DNA of 63,378 bases, counting the filler, from Malassezia furfur (lineage: Eukaryota): assembly GCA_052055015.1 (NCBI GenBank). It is 16 parts of 16 records of this genome, joined end to end, with 100 filler letters (N's around TTAATTAATTAA, not from the genome) between each part and the next. Parts side by side here need not be neighbours in the genome. Positions count along the whole stretch, not along the records: positions 1 to 3,997 come from JBQJIT010000714.1; positions 4,098 to 8,093 come from JBQJIT010000715.1; positions 8,194 to 12,142 come from JBQJIT010000716.1; 13 more parts are not named here. The stretch is one strand, 5' to 3'. Every line of letters begins with the position of its first letter. Within the stretch, counting starts at the first letter, position 1. This document shows, piece by piece, positions 1-11,500 of this stretch. The notes under the pieces were generated by a model. It was not told the origin of the DNA, did no database searches, and saw only the letters and a program-made list of their open reading frames with translations. A program made the position numbers and the translations under genes.

Positions 1-1468
1 GTGAGGTACTCGCTCGGGTTGAGGCGGTACGTGTTGATCATAAAGTCGCGGTAGTCCTTGTAGATCGTCGGCGTCTTGCTCCGGTTCTTGTTGTTGAAGA
101 ACTCGGGGAGCGAGCGGCGCTCGATCGCGTGGATGTGCCCCATGTCGAACCACGTTGCGTACGACGGGACAATCACCTCCTGCGTCTGCTCCGCGAGGTA
201 CTTGCGCGCGGTCTGCGCGACCTCGTCGGCGTCGAGCGGCGTGGCGTCCGCGGGCGGCGCCGGCGCCTGTGCATCGCCCGCGTCCGCCGCACGCACGGGC
301 AGCGGCGATGCAGGCGCGGGCGCGGGCGCGCCGCCCTCGGCAGGCAGGTTGCCGAGCGTGCCCGCGGCCACCGGCTCGCTCTCGTACTTTTTCCCGGGGA
401 TCGGCTGCGCACCGGACAGGTCGACGGGCGTCGCACCGACGGGGTTGCCGACCAGCAGCTTGATCCGCTTGTTTGCGGACTCGTCGGTGATCGTCTCGGG
501 CAGGTTGTGCTTGCGCGCGCGCGCGCCCTCGGGCGTCGGTGCGGGCGCGTCGTCCGTGTCGTCCTCCTGCTCGTAGTCCTCCTCGTTCATCAGCTCATTG
601 TACAGGTCTGCGTCGCGCAGCCACCGCGCGCCGATCTGCCACGCGGCCGCCCGGGGCGCAGGCGCGGGCTCCGGCTCCGCAAAGTCGCGGTCGGGCAGCC
701 AGGTGTCGTACGAGTCGGGGCGGTACCACACGTGGATCAGCACCTTGGACGCGTGGTGCGCCACCGTGCGGAAGTATTCCGACTCGGGCGGCTTTTCCGC
801 CGAGTGCGGATCGGCAATCGGCTCGCTCGAGGTGCGCAGGACGTGCGTCGCGTTTGCCGCGTCGGTCCACTCGCCTGTGGTCAGTGTGTTGTATGGTACG
901 TACAGCCCATGCGCGTGGCCAGCGTGCGCAGGTGCGTGGCCTCGGCCTCGGCCATGTCGGGTGCCGCGGCGAGGCGCACCGCCGGCAGCACCTGCGCCTT
1001 TTGCAGCGCGGTGCGGACGTGCGCGACGAGCGCAACGTACAGGCGGCGCTTGCCGGCGTCGCCAAAGTCCCACGTCGCTTCTCCGCGCTCCGCCAGGAAC
1101 GCAAACGCGGCCTGCAGCACGGCGTACAGCGGCGCGTCGGTGGTCAGCGGCGAAAAGTCGCTCATCGACGGATGCGTCAGCAGCACCGACGCGGGCAGCC
1201 GCAGCGGCTGCTTCTCGGCCTCGGTCGCGCCCTCCTGGTTGGCAGGCCGCGGCGCGCCGAAACCAAGCACCTTCTCCTGGAACACGCCGAGATCGTACAC
1301 AAACTTGGCGAGCTGCTTCCCGTCGAGCTCCGCGCCGGTGTTTAGCACACGCAGCGAGCGGCTGCCGAGGTACGAGACGAGCGGCGCCACCAGCGGCTGG
1401 AGCCGCGCATACACCTGCTCATCATGCAAGAGCCCCTCGTCCGGGAACCCGTTCACGTTGAGACTCAT
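1..1468 (-). CDS. RSC8: SWI/SNF-RSC core subunit SWI3/RSC8 (SMARCC family); 3' end truncated; intron 875-903 (29 nt)
   Basis: Minus-strand translation near 1-220 gives the SWIRM signature ([59 protein letters not shown]). A GTACGT...CTGAC-CACAG intron joins it to the upstream exon starting MSLNVNGFP at 1468. RSC8 vs SWI3 paralogue not resolved. Confidence 0.85.
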
Positions 1469-1586
1469 CGCGCACGACGCTCGTCGACCGGGGGGTAGGC
1501 GCGTCGCGAGCACGCCCGGCGGCGCGTGTCGGCCGAGCATCCACGTGCCGACGGGGCGCCGCGGTTCGCCTCCAGCGACGAACACG

Positions 1587-2004
1587 ATGGCTGGCAGCGG
1601 TTGGTACAAGCCGATGTTTGGGTTCCACCCGCATCGCCCCTCTGCTCTTCACCGCTACACGGCGACTCTGCTGGGCGGCACGATGTGGTTCTGGCTTTTC
1701 TACCGCATGAAGGAGGACGGGCCCGTCTTGCTGGTGCGTAGTCTCGGGCGATAAAGGACATGACTGACACGGCACGCTCGCTACGGACATGCAACGGGGA
1801 CGATGGGATACACATATGCATACTGGATGATGATGCTTACATGGATGTGCTGGACGACGATGACTTTTCCTTCTTGTTTATTTTTCTTCTCTCTCTCTCT
1901 CTCTTTCCCTGCTGTGTATATGCCCATTTTTTCCTGCCGCGATCTAGGGTTGGCGCCACCCTTGGGACCACCACGGTGACCACGGTCACGACGAGCACCA
2001 CTAA
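1587..2004 (+). CDS. NDUFB2: NADH:ubiquinone oxidoreductase subunit NDUFB2-like; exons 1587-1733 and 1948-2004
   Basis: MAGSGW...LGGTMWFWLFYRMKEDGPVLL spliced (GTGCGT...TAG, 214 nt) to GWRHPWDHHGDHGHDEHH*, matching the fungal NDUFB2 pattern MWF..FYR...DGPVLLG..HPW. Confidence 0.85.
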
Positions 2005-2478
2005 ACGACTCCCCTTGACCTTTTGCACAGCATCTGTAGTGCAGAAAAGGATACCTCGAAGTTTGTGCCGCGCACCGGTTTTGCACACGCACCGTGCGTC
2101 TAAAACGGACGTGCATCGCTCCATGTAGTCTTTCGCAAAGGCATGCTGCGCCATGGCATGCGCGCTATGTACCGCGCCGCATGCGCCTTGCGCACTTTGG
2201 TGCGTGCGGTGTCGTGCCCTGCTCAGCGGCGTTTCAGTGTCTCGGCATATTTCCTCGTTCCTTCATTGTGTGGCCCCTGCGGGGTATGCAGCACACGACG
2301 AAACAATGATCGCGACATGGGTCGCGAGCCAATCGAGCGGATGCCGACCGCATCCGTACGCGGTGCGGCGCGTGTACAGGTGATGTGACTTCGGTATAAA
2401 GACGGCGCGCGGCACGCCAACACTACGCACCAACGCGCCGGCCGCGACGACTGCGTTGCTGCGTTCGGCGAAGGAAGC

Positions 2479-3997
2479 ATGTGGCAAGCAAGCCCCCCCT
2501 CGACGCGGCCTGGGACGCCCAGCCGCAAGATGAGCGACAGTCTCTCGCGTGTGGGGACGCTGCAAGGCAAGCCGGAGTACGCACACACCGTGCAGACCGT
2601 GCCGTCGATCAGCAGCATCTCACTGAGCACCGCGTCGACGCGCCCCCTGCTCGGCCGCCTGACCGCGTCGCGTGCGAAGCACGACGAGCTGGAGAAGGAC
2701 GAAGAGGTGCTGTGCGGCTTCCTCAAAAAGAGCACCGGCCCGTGGAGCATCGCGTGGTGGGCGGACGCCGTGCCGAAGCACCGTGCGCCGCGCACGGAGC
2801 CCGGGCGTGGCTGGCGCCCGTTCAAGGTGATCCTGGCGCGCGGCACGCTCTACTTCTACAAGGTGCCGAGCGTGATGATCCCCGAGATCCGGAGCACCTT
2901 TCAGATCCGCGCGTCGGTGTGGCCCACGGAGCTGGACGAGGTCGAGGCGCCCGCCGCGTCGCTGGACGACGATCTGCCGCCGTCGGCGCTTGCGTCGAGC
3001 GACACCACCTCGCTCTTCCACGAGGCGCTGGTCGACACGGTGTGGGAGCAGGCCGGCAAGCACCCCGAGTTGCACCTCGTGCAGACCGGCGTGCTGCCCG
3101 CGAGCTGGACGGCGCGCATCGAGCACGCGACGGGCCCGGCGCTGGCGCACGAGCTCGTGTTTGGCACGCAGCGTGTTGCGGTGCACGCGTCGCCGTTCGG
3201 CCCCGCGGGCGACGCGAGCCGTGCGTGTGACCGCGACGAGCGCACGTTCCTGCACATTGTGTTTTACGCACTCGGCACGTCGTCGGTGCCGTTTGACGCG
3301 TTCCTGAAGCAGGTGCACGCGGCGCTGCTGCTCGCCGAGCGCCTCGGTGTGGTGCACACGGACGTAGGCTGCACGCGGCGCGTGTCGCTCTTCCTCGAGC
3401 TGCTCCTGTGGAAGCGCCCGCTGCTCCCCGGCGGGCACGAGGCCCTCTTTTTCCGCGAGGCCGAGGCGCTCGCGGCGGTGCTGACGCGCCTCGAGCCCGG
3501 GATGTATGTGTCGCTCACGCGCCAGTTTCGCGCGTGGCGCGACACCTACTGCGACTCGGTCGGCGCGCCGACCGACTGGGCGCACACCAAGGCGCCGCTC
3601 GCGCGCCGTGCCGCGCTCGAGCCGCTGTCCGTGTGCTGGAGCAGCGCGCTGTTCCTTGCGTGCGACCCGCTCGAGGTCGCGCAGCAGATCCAGTGCTTCC
3701 ACGCGGACCGCCTCGCGGCGTTTGTGTGCGCGCCCATCACGGCGTACCGCCTGGCGAGCACCGTGTCGGAGCCGCTGCTGCGCTCCTTCCGCTTCGACGC
3801 GTCGCGCCCGCACTGGCTCTCGCATGTGATTCTGCGCCAGATTCTCGTAGACGATGCGCCCGAGCGCCAGGATGGCGGCGAGCGCGCCGCCGTGGTCGCG
3901 CACTGGGTCGCCGTCGGGCACGCCGCGCTGCAGCTGCGCGACATGGCCGCCTGGACGGCGATCGCCGCGGTGCTGTGCTCGCGCCCCGTCGCGTGCG
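2479..3997 (+). CDS. PH-like plus RasGEF-domain protein; 3' truncated by gap
   Basis: 524-aa ORF with a PH-like strand (WRPFKVILARGTLYFYK) and CDC25/RasGEF-like segments (DPLEVAQQI; RAAVVAHWVAVG...DMAAWTAI). Confidence 0.6.
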
Positions 3998-4097
3998 NNN
4001 NNNNNNNNNNNNNNNNNNNNNNNNNNNNNNNNNNNNNNNNNTTAATTAATTAANNNNNNNNNNNNNNNNNNNNNNNNNNNNNNNNNNNNNNNNNNNN
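3998..4097. other. Artificial contig linker N44-TTAATTAATTAA-N44 (first of 15)
   Basis: Identical 100-nt linkers also at 8094-8193, 12143-12242, 16148-16247, 20138-20237, 24125-24224, 28111-28210, 32078-32177, 36045-36144, 39996-40095, 43904-44003, 47808-47907, 51706-51805, 55603-55702 and 59499-59598. The palindrome places stop codons in all six frames. Confidence 0.98.
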
Positions 4098-4960
4098 GGC
4101 ACCGACGCCCAGGGCGCCGCGACGCGCGCCGACGCGCTGCACGCCGCGGACGTGGGCGGGACGTGCTTCGTGCGCACCGACCAGCTCGACGGCGAGACGG
4201 ACTGGAAGCTGCGCATCGCCGTGCCGGCGACGCAGCGCCTCGCGGAGGACGAGCTGGTGAACCTCGGCGCGCGCGCGGTGCTCGTAGCCGGCCCGCCGTC
4301 CAAGGACGTGCACACGTTCGTCGGCACGCTGTCGCTCGCGCCGCCGGGCGACGCGCCGCTCGAGCCCTGGGCCGCCGCAGACGTCCCCCTGGCGGCGCAT
4401 GCGCACGTGACGCCGCTCGGCGCGGAGCAGGCGCTGTGGGCGAACACGGTGCTGGCCGCCGGGCGCGCGGTCGGCGTCGTGGTGTACACCGGGCGCGAGA
4501 CGCGCGCGGTGATGAACACGAGCCACGCGCAGACCAAGGTCGGCCTGCTCGACCTCGAGATCAACCGCCTCGCCAAGATCCTGTGTGCGGTGACGCTCGC
4601 GCTGAGTGTGACGCTCGTGGCGCTGAACGGCTTCCGCGGCAAGTGGGGCGTGTACGTGGTGCGCTTCCTGATCCTGTTCTCGTCGATCATCCCGATCTCG
4701 CTGCGCGTGAACCTCGACATGGGCAAGACGGTGTACGCGCGGCAGATCCAGGGCGACGCCGACATCCCCGGGACGATCGTGCGCACGAGCACGCTGCCCG
4801 AGGAGCTCGGGCGCGTCGAGTACCTGCTGAGCGACAAGACGGGCACGCTCACGCAGAACGAGATGGAGGTCAAGCGGCTGCACCTCGGCACGCTCAGCTA
4901 CGGGTGGGACAGTGTCGACGAGCTGCGCGCGCACCTCGCGGCGGCGCTCGCGCCCGCGGA
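4098..4960 (+). CDS. NEO1: P4-ATPase phospholipid flippase NEO1/ATP9, internal fragment (A domain, TM3-4, phosphorylation site)
   Basis: CFVRTDQLDGETDWKLR, VYTGRETR, ILFSSIIPISLRVNLDMGK, RTSTLPEELGRVEYLLSDKTGTLTQNEM. Similarity ends abruptly near 4950-4980. Confidence 0.9.
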
Positions 4961-6007
4961 CGCGGCGCCGGCCGCGGTGGAGGCGGAAAAGGCCGAGCTC
5001 GCCGAGCGCCTGCGCGTCAAGACGGAGGAGTGCGAGAAGCACAAGAACTTTGCGCGCACCTTCCTCAAGGACAAGCGCGCGGCCGAGGCGCAGGTCAAGG
5101 CGCAGACGGCGCAGATCGAGTCGCTCGAGCAGCGGCTTGCGGCGCTGGGCCCCGTCAAGCAGGAGGGCGCGCCGGGCGAGCAAGGCGAGAAGCAGGCGGC
5201 CTCGGGCGAGGCCCAGGGTACCTCTGGCGAGGCCAAGGGTGCCCCGGGTGACGCCAAGGACGCCCAGACCGCCGCGGGCGACGCCAAGGACGCCCAGACC
5301 GCCGCGGGCGACACCAAGGACGCCCAGGCCGCCCCAGAGGACGCCAAGGAGGCCCAGGCCGCCCCAGAGGACGCCAAGGAGGCCCAGGCCGCCCCAGAGG
5401 ACGCCAAGGAGGCCCAGGCCGCCTCGGGCGACACCGCCGCGGCCCCCGACGCCGCCCTCCACGCACGCATCGCCGAGCTCGAGGGCCTCCTCGCCAAGGC
5501 ACGGGAGCGCATCGCCGAGCTCGAGGCGACGCACGCCTCCGACACCGCCAAGATCGCCGAGCTCACGCAGCAGCTCACCGCGCCGGACGGGCTGCAGGCC
5601 GCGATCGAGGCCAAGGAGGCCGAGCTCAAGGCACACTACCAGCCGCTCCTCCAGTCGCGCTACGACGACGGCAAGCACGAAGCGACGCTGCGCAATACCA
5701 TCATGCTCAAGCAGCGCGACAACAAGATCACCAAGCTCACCAACGAGGTCCAGGAGCTCAAGGCGCAGCTCGGCGGCACCCCCGACGCCCCGGCGGCGGC
5801 GGGCCGAAGCCTGTGCCGCTGCTGCAGCGCGCCAAGCCCGCCGAGGGCACGTCGATCCGCGGCGCCGCCAAGACGCGCGGCGCGCTGTCGGTCGCTGGCG
5901 GCGCGAAGCGCAAGCGCGAGGGCAACGCGGCCGCCGCGGCCGCCGACACCGACGCGAAGCCCAAGGCCGGCGCGAAAAAGTCCAAGAACCAGGAGGGAGA
6001 GTCGTAG
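4960..6007 (+). CDS. Coiled-coil protein C-terminus, possibly nuclear basket Mlp1/Tpr-like; apparent frameshift near 5800
   Basis: Coiled-coil stretch (AEKAELAERLRVKTEECEK...RDNKITKLTNEVQELKAQL), then in a shifted frame GTSIRGAAKTRG...AKRKREG...KKSKNQEGES* (NLS-like tail). The Mlp1/Tpr assignment is a recalled resemblance only. Confidence 0.45.
5250..5429 (+). repeat. 30-bp coding tandem repeat, about 6 copies (DAK[D/E]AQ[T/A]A[A/P][G/E])
   Basis: Units such as gacgccaaggaggcccaggccgccccagag start at 5250, 5280, 5310, 5340, 5370 and 5400. Confidence 0.9.
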
Positions 6008-6029
6008 ACTGGGTCGTAGCTACCGTACA

Positions 6030-7807
6030 CTATTTGCGCGCGACACGGCGGCGGTGCAGCGTGGTGACGAGCGCCTCGTCGAGCTGCAGCACCGCGACGT
6101 GCAGCACGTCGGCGTCGCGCAGGTGGCGCACGTCGTGTGCCTGGAACGGCGCGGCACGCACCGGGTCGAGGCCGAGCACGCGCTGGGCGCACGCCAGCAC
6201 ACGGGTATACGCGCGCGGCCACGCGCCGCTGGGGTCGTGGGCGTACACGGGGTATGCCTCGCCGGCCGCGCCCGCCGCGGCGCGTCGTGTGCGTACAGCG
6301 CGGCGCGGTGCGCTGCGGCGCGTGCGTCGTCGGCGCGCGCGAGCGCCGCGACGTCGACGGGCCGTGCGTCGGGCGCGGGCGCACACGACAGCAGGTCCGT
6401 GATGCCGTCGCGGCGCAGGGCGCGCATCGAGGGGGGTATATAGGGCGGCGTGTACGTCTGCTCGACAAAGTCGAGGTACGCGTCGATGTGCGCGTCCGAC
6501 AGGCCGAGCAGGTCGACGTCCGTGTCCCACGGGCGCGGCGCGCCTGCGTCGCCGCCGGCGCCCTCGCCATGCTCCGTCGCGCGGCTCAGCGCGTCGAGCC
6601 ACGCGTCAAAGTCGGGCAGCGCCTGGAGCGGATCGGCGCGCGGCTCGCCGTCGAGGCCGTACCGCAGCTTGAGCACGACGACGACGGCGGCCATGAGCAT
6701 CACGCAGCGCGGGATCGCCGCGTTGCGTGCGTAGCTATGAATGCTGCGCGCGCGGCCCTCGCGCGCCTGGCGCGGCAGCTGCGCCGAGACGTTGCGCACG
6801 TGCATGTCGATGCGCAGGTGCGCGAGCAGCGCCTTGGCCGCGACGTACACGGGGGCGGGCAGGAGCATCGCGTGCACCATGCGCGCGAGCATCGGCGGCG
6901 CATTCACCTCGGGCCACACCACGCCAAAGTCGAGCGAGAGGCGCGTCGCAATGTCGGCGACGCGGCGGTGGATGTCCATGACGCTCGGCACGAGCTCCGT
7001 GTCGAGCCCCGCGTACGCCACATCGCTGTACGACAGCACGTCGAGCAGCCGCGCGGGGAGCACATGGAGCGCATGCAGGTACGGCAGCGTGCCCTGCTGG
7101 ATGTGCCTGCGTCAGTGCGCGGCGCCCACGTACGTGCGGAGCTGCCCGATCGAGATCGGGCACCGGCGGCGCACGAGCGCCAGGTACACGGTCGCGACCG
7201 TGGAGCGCAGCGAGACGAGGTCGAGCGACGCGGCGTGGTGCGCGGCGTCCGACCAGCGCTGGCGCCCCGTGCGCGGCATGGACGCGGGCGGCGGGTGTGT
7301 GGGGCGCTCTGCGGCGTCGCACGCGGCGTCGAGCGGCGTCGGCGGCACGCCCGCGCTCGACACGTGCAGTGCCCACACGGGGCGCGCGGCGGCCGCGAGG
7401 CCCTGGATGCCGTACAGGCGCTCGACGGCGGCGATCTGGTGCCGCAGGACGAGCTGGAGCGCCTCGAGCACCGCAAACGTCGCGCGCGCGCCATACAGGT
7501 ACGCGGCGTCCTGGTCGTCGAGCGCCGCATGCTCCTGCGAGCCCGGGACGACGAGCGGGGTGCGCCCGCGCGCGACCTTGCGCGCGAGGTACTGCCGGCG
7601 CCGGCGCTCGGCGTGTGCGGCCTCGCGCTGCGACGCGCGGTTCACGGCGCGCGCGCGCGTCGTGATCTGCGTCCCGAAGCCGTCCTCATCGTGCGCGGCC
7701 TCGACGCGAAAGTCGCGCTGGACGTGCCCCGCAGCGCACACCAGCTGCGCCGCGACCAGCCGGAAGCGCGTGCTGCCGCACACGGCGCACCGGCGTCGCG
7801 CTTGCAT
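6030..7807 (-). CDS. RRN7: RNA polymerase I initiation factor RRN7/TAF1B; intron 7107-7133 (27 nt); probable indel frameshift near 6275
   Basis: N-terminal zinc ribbon CAVCGSTRFRLVAAQLVCAAGHVQ, then LQLVLRHQI..., LMAAVVVVLKLRYGLDG. The C-terminus (GEAYPVYAHDPSG...) lies in another frame. Confidence 0.8.
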
Positions 7808-7922
7808 GACGCGAAGCTCGGCCGAACGTAACCCCACCGTCGGTGTGGAAATTGGGGCGCGGCGCGTGACGCATTCTGGGCTCGCGCCGTCCGGGGGAAG
7901 AGGAGGTGCGCGCTTGCCCACG

Positions 7923-8093
7923 ATGCGCCTTCGCTGGCTTGGTCTCGCCGTGTTTGTGTCGTGCGCCTGTGCCGAGCTTGCTGAGCGCGACACGCCCCTC
8001 TCGTTCTCCCTGCCGGACGTGAGCAGCGCCGCGAGCTCGTCGGCGGCCCCTGCGGCCGCGGCGGCTTCGTCGAGCGCCGGGGGCCTCAGCCTC
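7923..8093 (+). CDS. Putative secreted Ser/Ala-rich protein, N-terminal fragment
   Basis: MRLRWLGLAVFVSCACAE resembles a signal peptide and is followed by an S/A-rich region. Truncated by gap. Confidence 0.5.
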
Positions 8094-8193
8094 NNNNNNN
8101 NNNNNNNNNNNNNNNNNNNNNNNNNNNNNNNNNNNNNTTAATTAATTAANNNNNNNNNNNNNNNNNNNNNNNNNNNNNNNNNNNNNNNNNNNN

Positions 8194-8340
8194 CGCGGCG
8201 GGCGCGTAGTGCCGGACGGCGGCCGGCGCCGATCGGCGCACGGCGCACGCTGCGCGGTTTACGGCGTGCACCGGGGCGCATGAGCGGGCTGGTGTACTGG
8301 ACAAGAGTCCTGTTGCGGCATGGCGCTGTAGCTTCCACAT
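8194..8340 (-). CDS. N-terminus of a probable mitochondrial precursor protein
   Basis: MWKLQRHAATGLLSSTPARS...RRSAPAAVRHYAPAA is Arg/Ser/Ala-rich, has no acidic residues and has an R-x-Y-A cleavage-like motif. Runs into the gap. Confidence 0.45.
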
Positions 8341-8524
8341 CCAGGTGCGAATGGAAAAAAAACCGGCCTAGATGCGTACGGAGCGAAGGATGTGCCTTGC
8401 GTCTGACTCACACCCCCCCGCGGCAGCCTTTCCGCCGTTATCAGCTGCACAATGACTAAGCTGGAGCGATTCCCCCGCGATGCGCGTGCGCGATTGACGC
8501 GACGCCCTCCACACTCTACACGGC

Positions 8525-11500
8525 CTACGGAATGTCGAGGAGCGTCTTGAGGTTCTTGATGAGGCGCTTCTCCTCGGTGGACACACCCTCCCAGAAATGC
8601 GCCTTGAGTGCGTCGATGGATGCGCGACTGATCAGGGAGTAGATCTCGTCCTTCTCGTCGAGGTGCCGGCCGAACATCTTGGGCGCCTCGTTGAGGCCCG
8701 GCTCGATGCGCACGGCGACGCCTGCGCCGACGTCCTTTTTGAGCACGACGTCCTTGGCCTTGTGGTTGATCTCGAGCGAGGTCACGCGGCCGATGTTGAT
8801 CACCTCGCGCTTGCGCGTGGCTGGGTCGGTCTTGACGACACACAGCGGTGTGCCGACACGGAGCGAGCCGTCGAGGATGTCGCACCCGAGGATGATGGGG
8901 TCGCGTTTCGCGAACGCCGTGATGGTGCGCAGGCGGCACGGCCACACGGCCGTCGATGCAGCCTCACGCTTCTGGTTCTCGGTGATCTCCGCCTTGTACG
9001 CCATGAAGCTGTCGAACAGGTGGTAGATGATGTCGGCGGTGAACAGCTTGATGCCGAGCTCGTCGGCGAGGCGCTCGGCCTCCTTGTCGACGGGCACATC
9101 GAAGCACAGAATACACGCGAGCTCCTTGGCCTTTTCGAGCATCGTGGCGCAGCGCATCACGTCCTTCTTGTACACGGGTCCGATGTTGACGCCCGACACG
9201 GGGATCTTGCTCTGCTTGAGGAACTCGAGGAGCGCCTCGAGCGAGCCGAGCGTCGACGCCTGCACGCACACGCCGCGGCCCGACTTGTCGACGGAGTTGA
9301 GTAGCGAGGTGAGGTCGCTCATCACCTCCTCCTTCAGCACCTCTTCCTCGTCGTCGTTCTTGCACACCAGCAAGCGCGAGCCGGCGACGGCCTTGTCGAG
9401 GTCCGGCGCGGTGATCTTGACACCGAGTGCGGCCTTGACCTCCTTGTGGTGCACGTAGGAGCCCTTGATGCGCATCTCCTTCATCGGTTGCGGCGTGAGC
9501 AGCGCACGGACCTGCGTCACGATCGGCCCGTTGAGACCGCACACGACGATCTTGTCGCCCTCGCGCAGGATGCCGTTGGAGAGCACGACGTCGATCGTGG
9601 TGCCAAGACCCTCGATGACCTTGACCTCGAGCACGGTGCACTCCAGCTCGGACAGGTACATAAGGTCGTTGGTCATGCGCGTCTGCGTCAGCGACACGAG
9701 GAGCTGGAGCAGGTCGGGGACACCCTCGCCGGTGATGGCACTCGTGGGCACCAGCGACACGTAGCGACCCATGTTCTTGTTCTTGTAGTACAGCTCCGCG
9801 TTCAGGCCCTGCTCGGCGAACGCCAGAATGGTCTTTTGCACGCGCTCGTCAAACTCGTTGCGCGTGCCGACGCTCTGCTGCGCGAGCGACTTTTGGAACG
9901 CATTGTTCGGCGTCGCCTTCCAGTCGTACAGACGGTCCACCTTGTTCAGCGCGACGATGAACGGCGTCTTGCGGTCGCGCAGCAGGCGCATGCTCTCGAG
10001 CGTCTGCTGCTCCAGGCCGTGCATGATGTCCACCACGAGAATCGCAATGTTGCACAAGGAGCTGCCGCGCGAGCGCAGGTTCGTGAACGACTCGTGGCCC
10101 GGCGTGTCGATGATCAGCAGGCCCGGCACCTTGTACTCGAACGAGGCGTCGTCCAGCACGCGCGTCTTCTCTTTGAGCGCGTCGATCGGGAAGTAGGTCG
10201 CACCGATCTGCTGCGTAATACCGCCGGCCTCGCCGTCCTGCACGTTGGTCTGCCGCACCTTGTCGAGCAGCTTCGTCTTACCGGTATCGACGTGGCCCAG
10301 AATACAGCAAATGGGGCTGCGCAGGTTGTCCTTGCTGCGCTCTGCCAGCGCCTTTTCGTGCTCCTCGTGCAGACGGCGCTCGGCCGCATCGCGCCGCGCC
10401 TGCACCTGCTTCTGCGTGCTGGTGAGCTGCTCGTCCTCGGACGAGTCATCCGAGTCGTCGTCCGAGTCGGACTCAGACTCGGACTCATCCTCGGACGCCG
10501 GCTTGGCAGGCGCCTTGGGTGCGGCCGGGGACTTGGGCGCTTCGGCCGCCGGCTTCGCCGGCTTCGCCGGCGGCGCCTCATCCTCGGACGGGGCGTCCCA
10601 GTCGTCCTTCACGCCGTCGTCCTCCGACTCGGCGTCCCAATCGTCCTTGACACCGTCGTCCTCGCCGGCCTGCTCGGCGGGCGCCTCCTTGGCGGGCTCT
10701 TCCGGCGCGGCCGGCGGCGCCGGCTCAGGCTCGGGCGCGGGCGCGGGCGCAGCCTCCTTGGGCTTGGTGTCGTGCTTCTTCTTCTTGCGGTCATACGCGA
10801 CGCGGCTCTTGGGCTTCTCGCCGCCGCTCGGCTCCTGCTGCATACCGGCGACGGTGATGTTGTTCGAGGCGAGCAGGGCTGCCTTGCGTGCCTCGGCGGC
10901 CTTGAGCTCGGCGCGCTGCTTGGGCGTGAGCAGCTTGCCCTCCTTCTTGAGCTGCTCGCGCTTCGCACGCTCCTTCTCCTTGCGGCGCTGACGCTCCTGC
11001 TCCTTGCGCTCCTCCTCTTCGCGCTCGCGGCGCTCCTCCTCCTCGATCTTGCGCCGCGCCTCCTCCTCACGGGCCCGGGCCTCCTCCTCGGCCTTCTTCT
11101 GTGCTGCGATGCGTGCCTGCAGCGCTGCGACGGCGGCCGACGGCGGCTTCTTGGCGGCGGGCGCCGGCTCCGCGGCGGGCTTCTTCTTCTTCTTCTTCTT
11201 CTTCTTCTTGTCGGCCGCGGACGCGCCGCCCTCGTTGTCGCTCTCGTCGTCGTCCTTAGCCTCGGCGTCCGGCTTGGGCGCGTCCTCCTTGGGCGTGTCC
11301 TCCTTGGGCGCGTCCTGCGCGGCCTGGGCCTTCTTCTTTTCGGCCTGGGCCTTCTTTTTCGCCTGCGTCAGCCGCGCGGCGCGTACGCACCTTTTCCTTT
11401 TCCTTCTTGAGGCGCTCCTTCTCCTTCTTGGTCAAGAGCTGTGTGTTAGTCGCGCGTGCCGGTGGCGCGGCACGTACCCTGGGCGTCTCGACCTCGTCGT
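8525..11500 (-). CDS. FUN12: Translation initiation factor eIF5B; introns 11363-11390 (28 nt) and 11439-11477 (39 nt); true N-terminus missing
   Basis: [70 protein letters not shown]. The K/E-rich N-terminal region ([22 protein letters not shown]) is recovered by splicing. Confidence 0.95.

Noticed and set aside
6030..6300. RRN7 frameshift as a pseudogene or programmed frameshift
   Set aside because: It falls in a GC-only run in an error-prone assembly. The gene is essential in yeast and otherwise intact, so an indel error is more likely.
8340..8520. Spacer with an A8/T8 tract and small hairpins, suggesting a Pol III RNA
   Set aside because: No tRNA, SRP, U6 or RNase P/MRP signature. It is better explained as the promoter and 5' UTR of the minus-strand gene starting at 8340.
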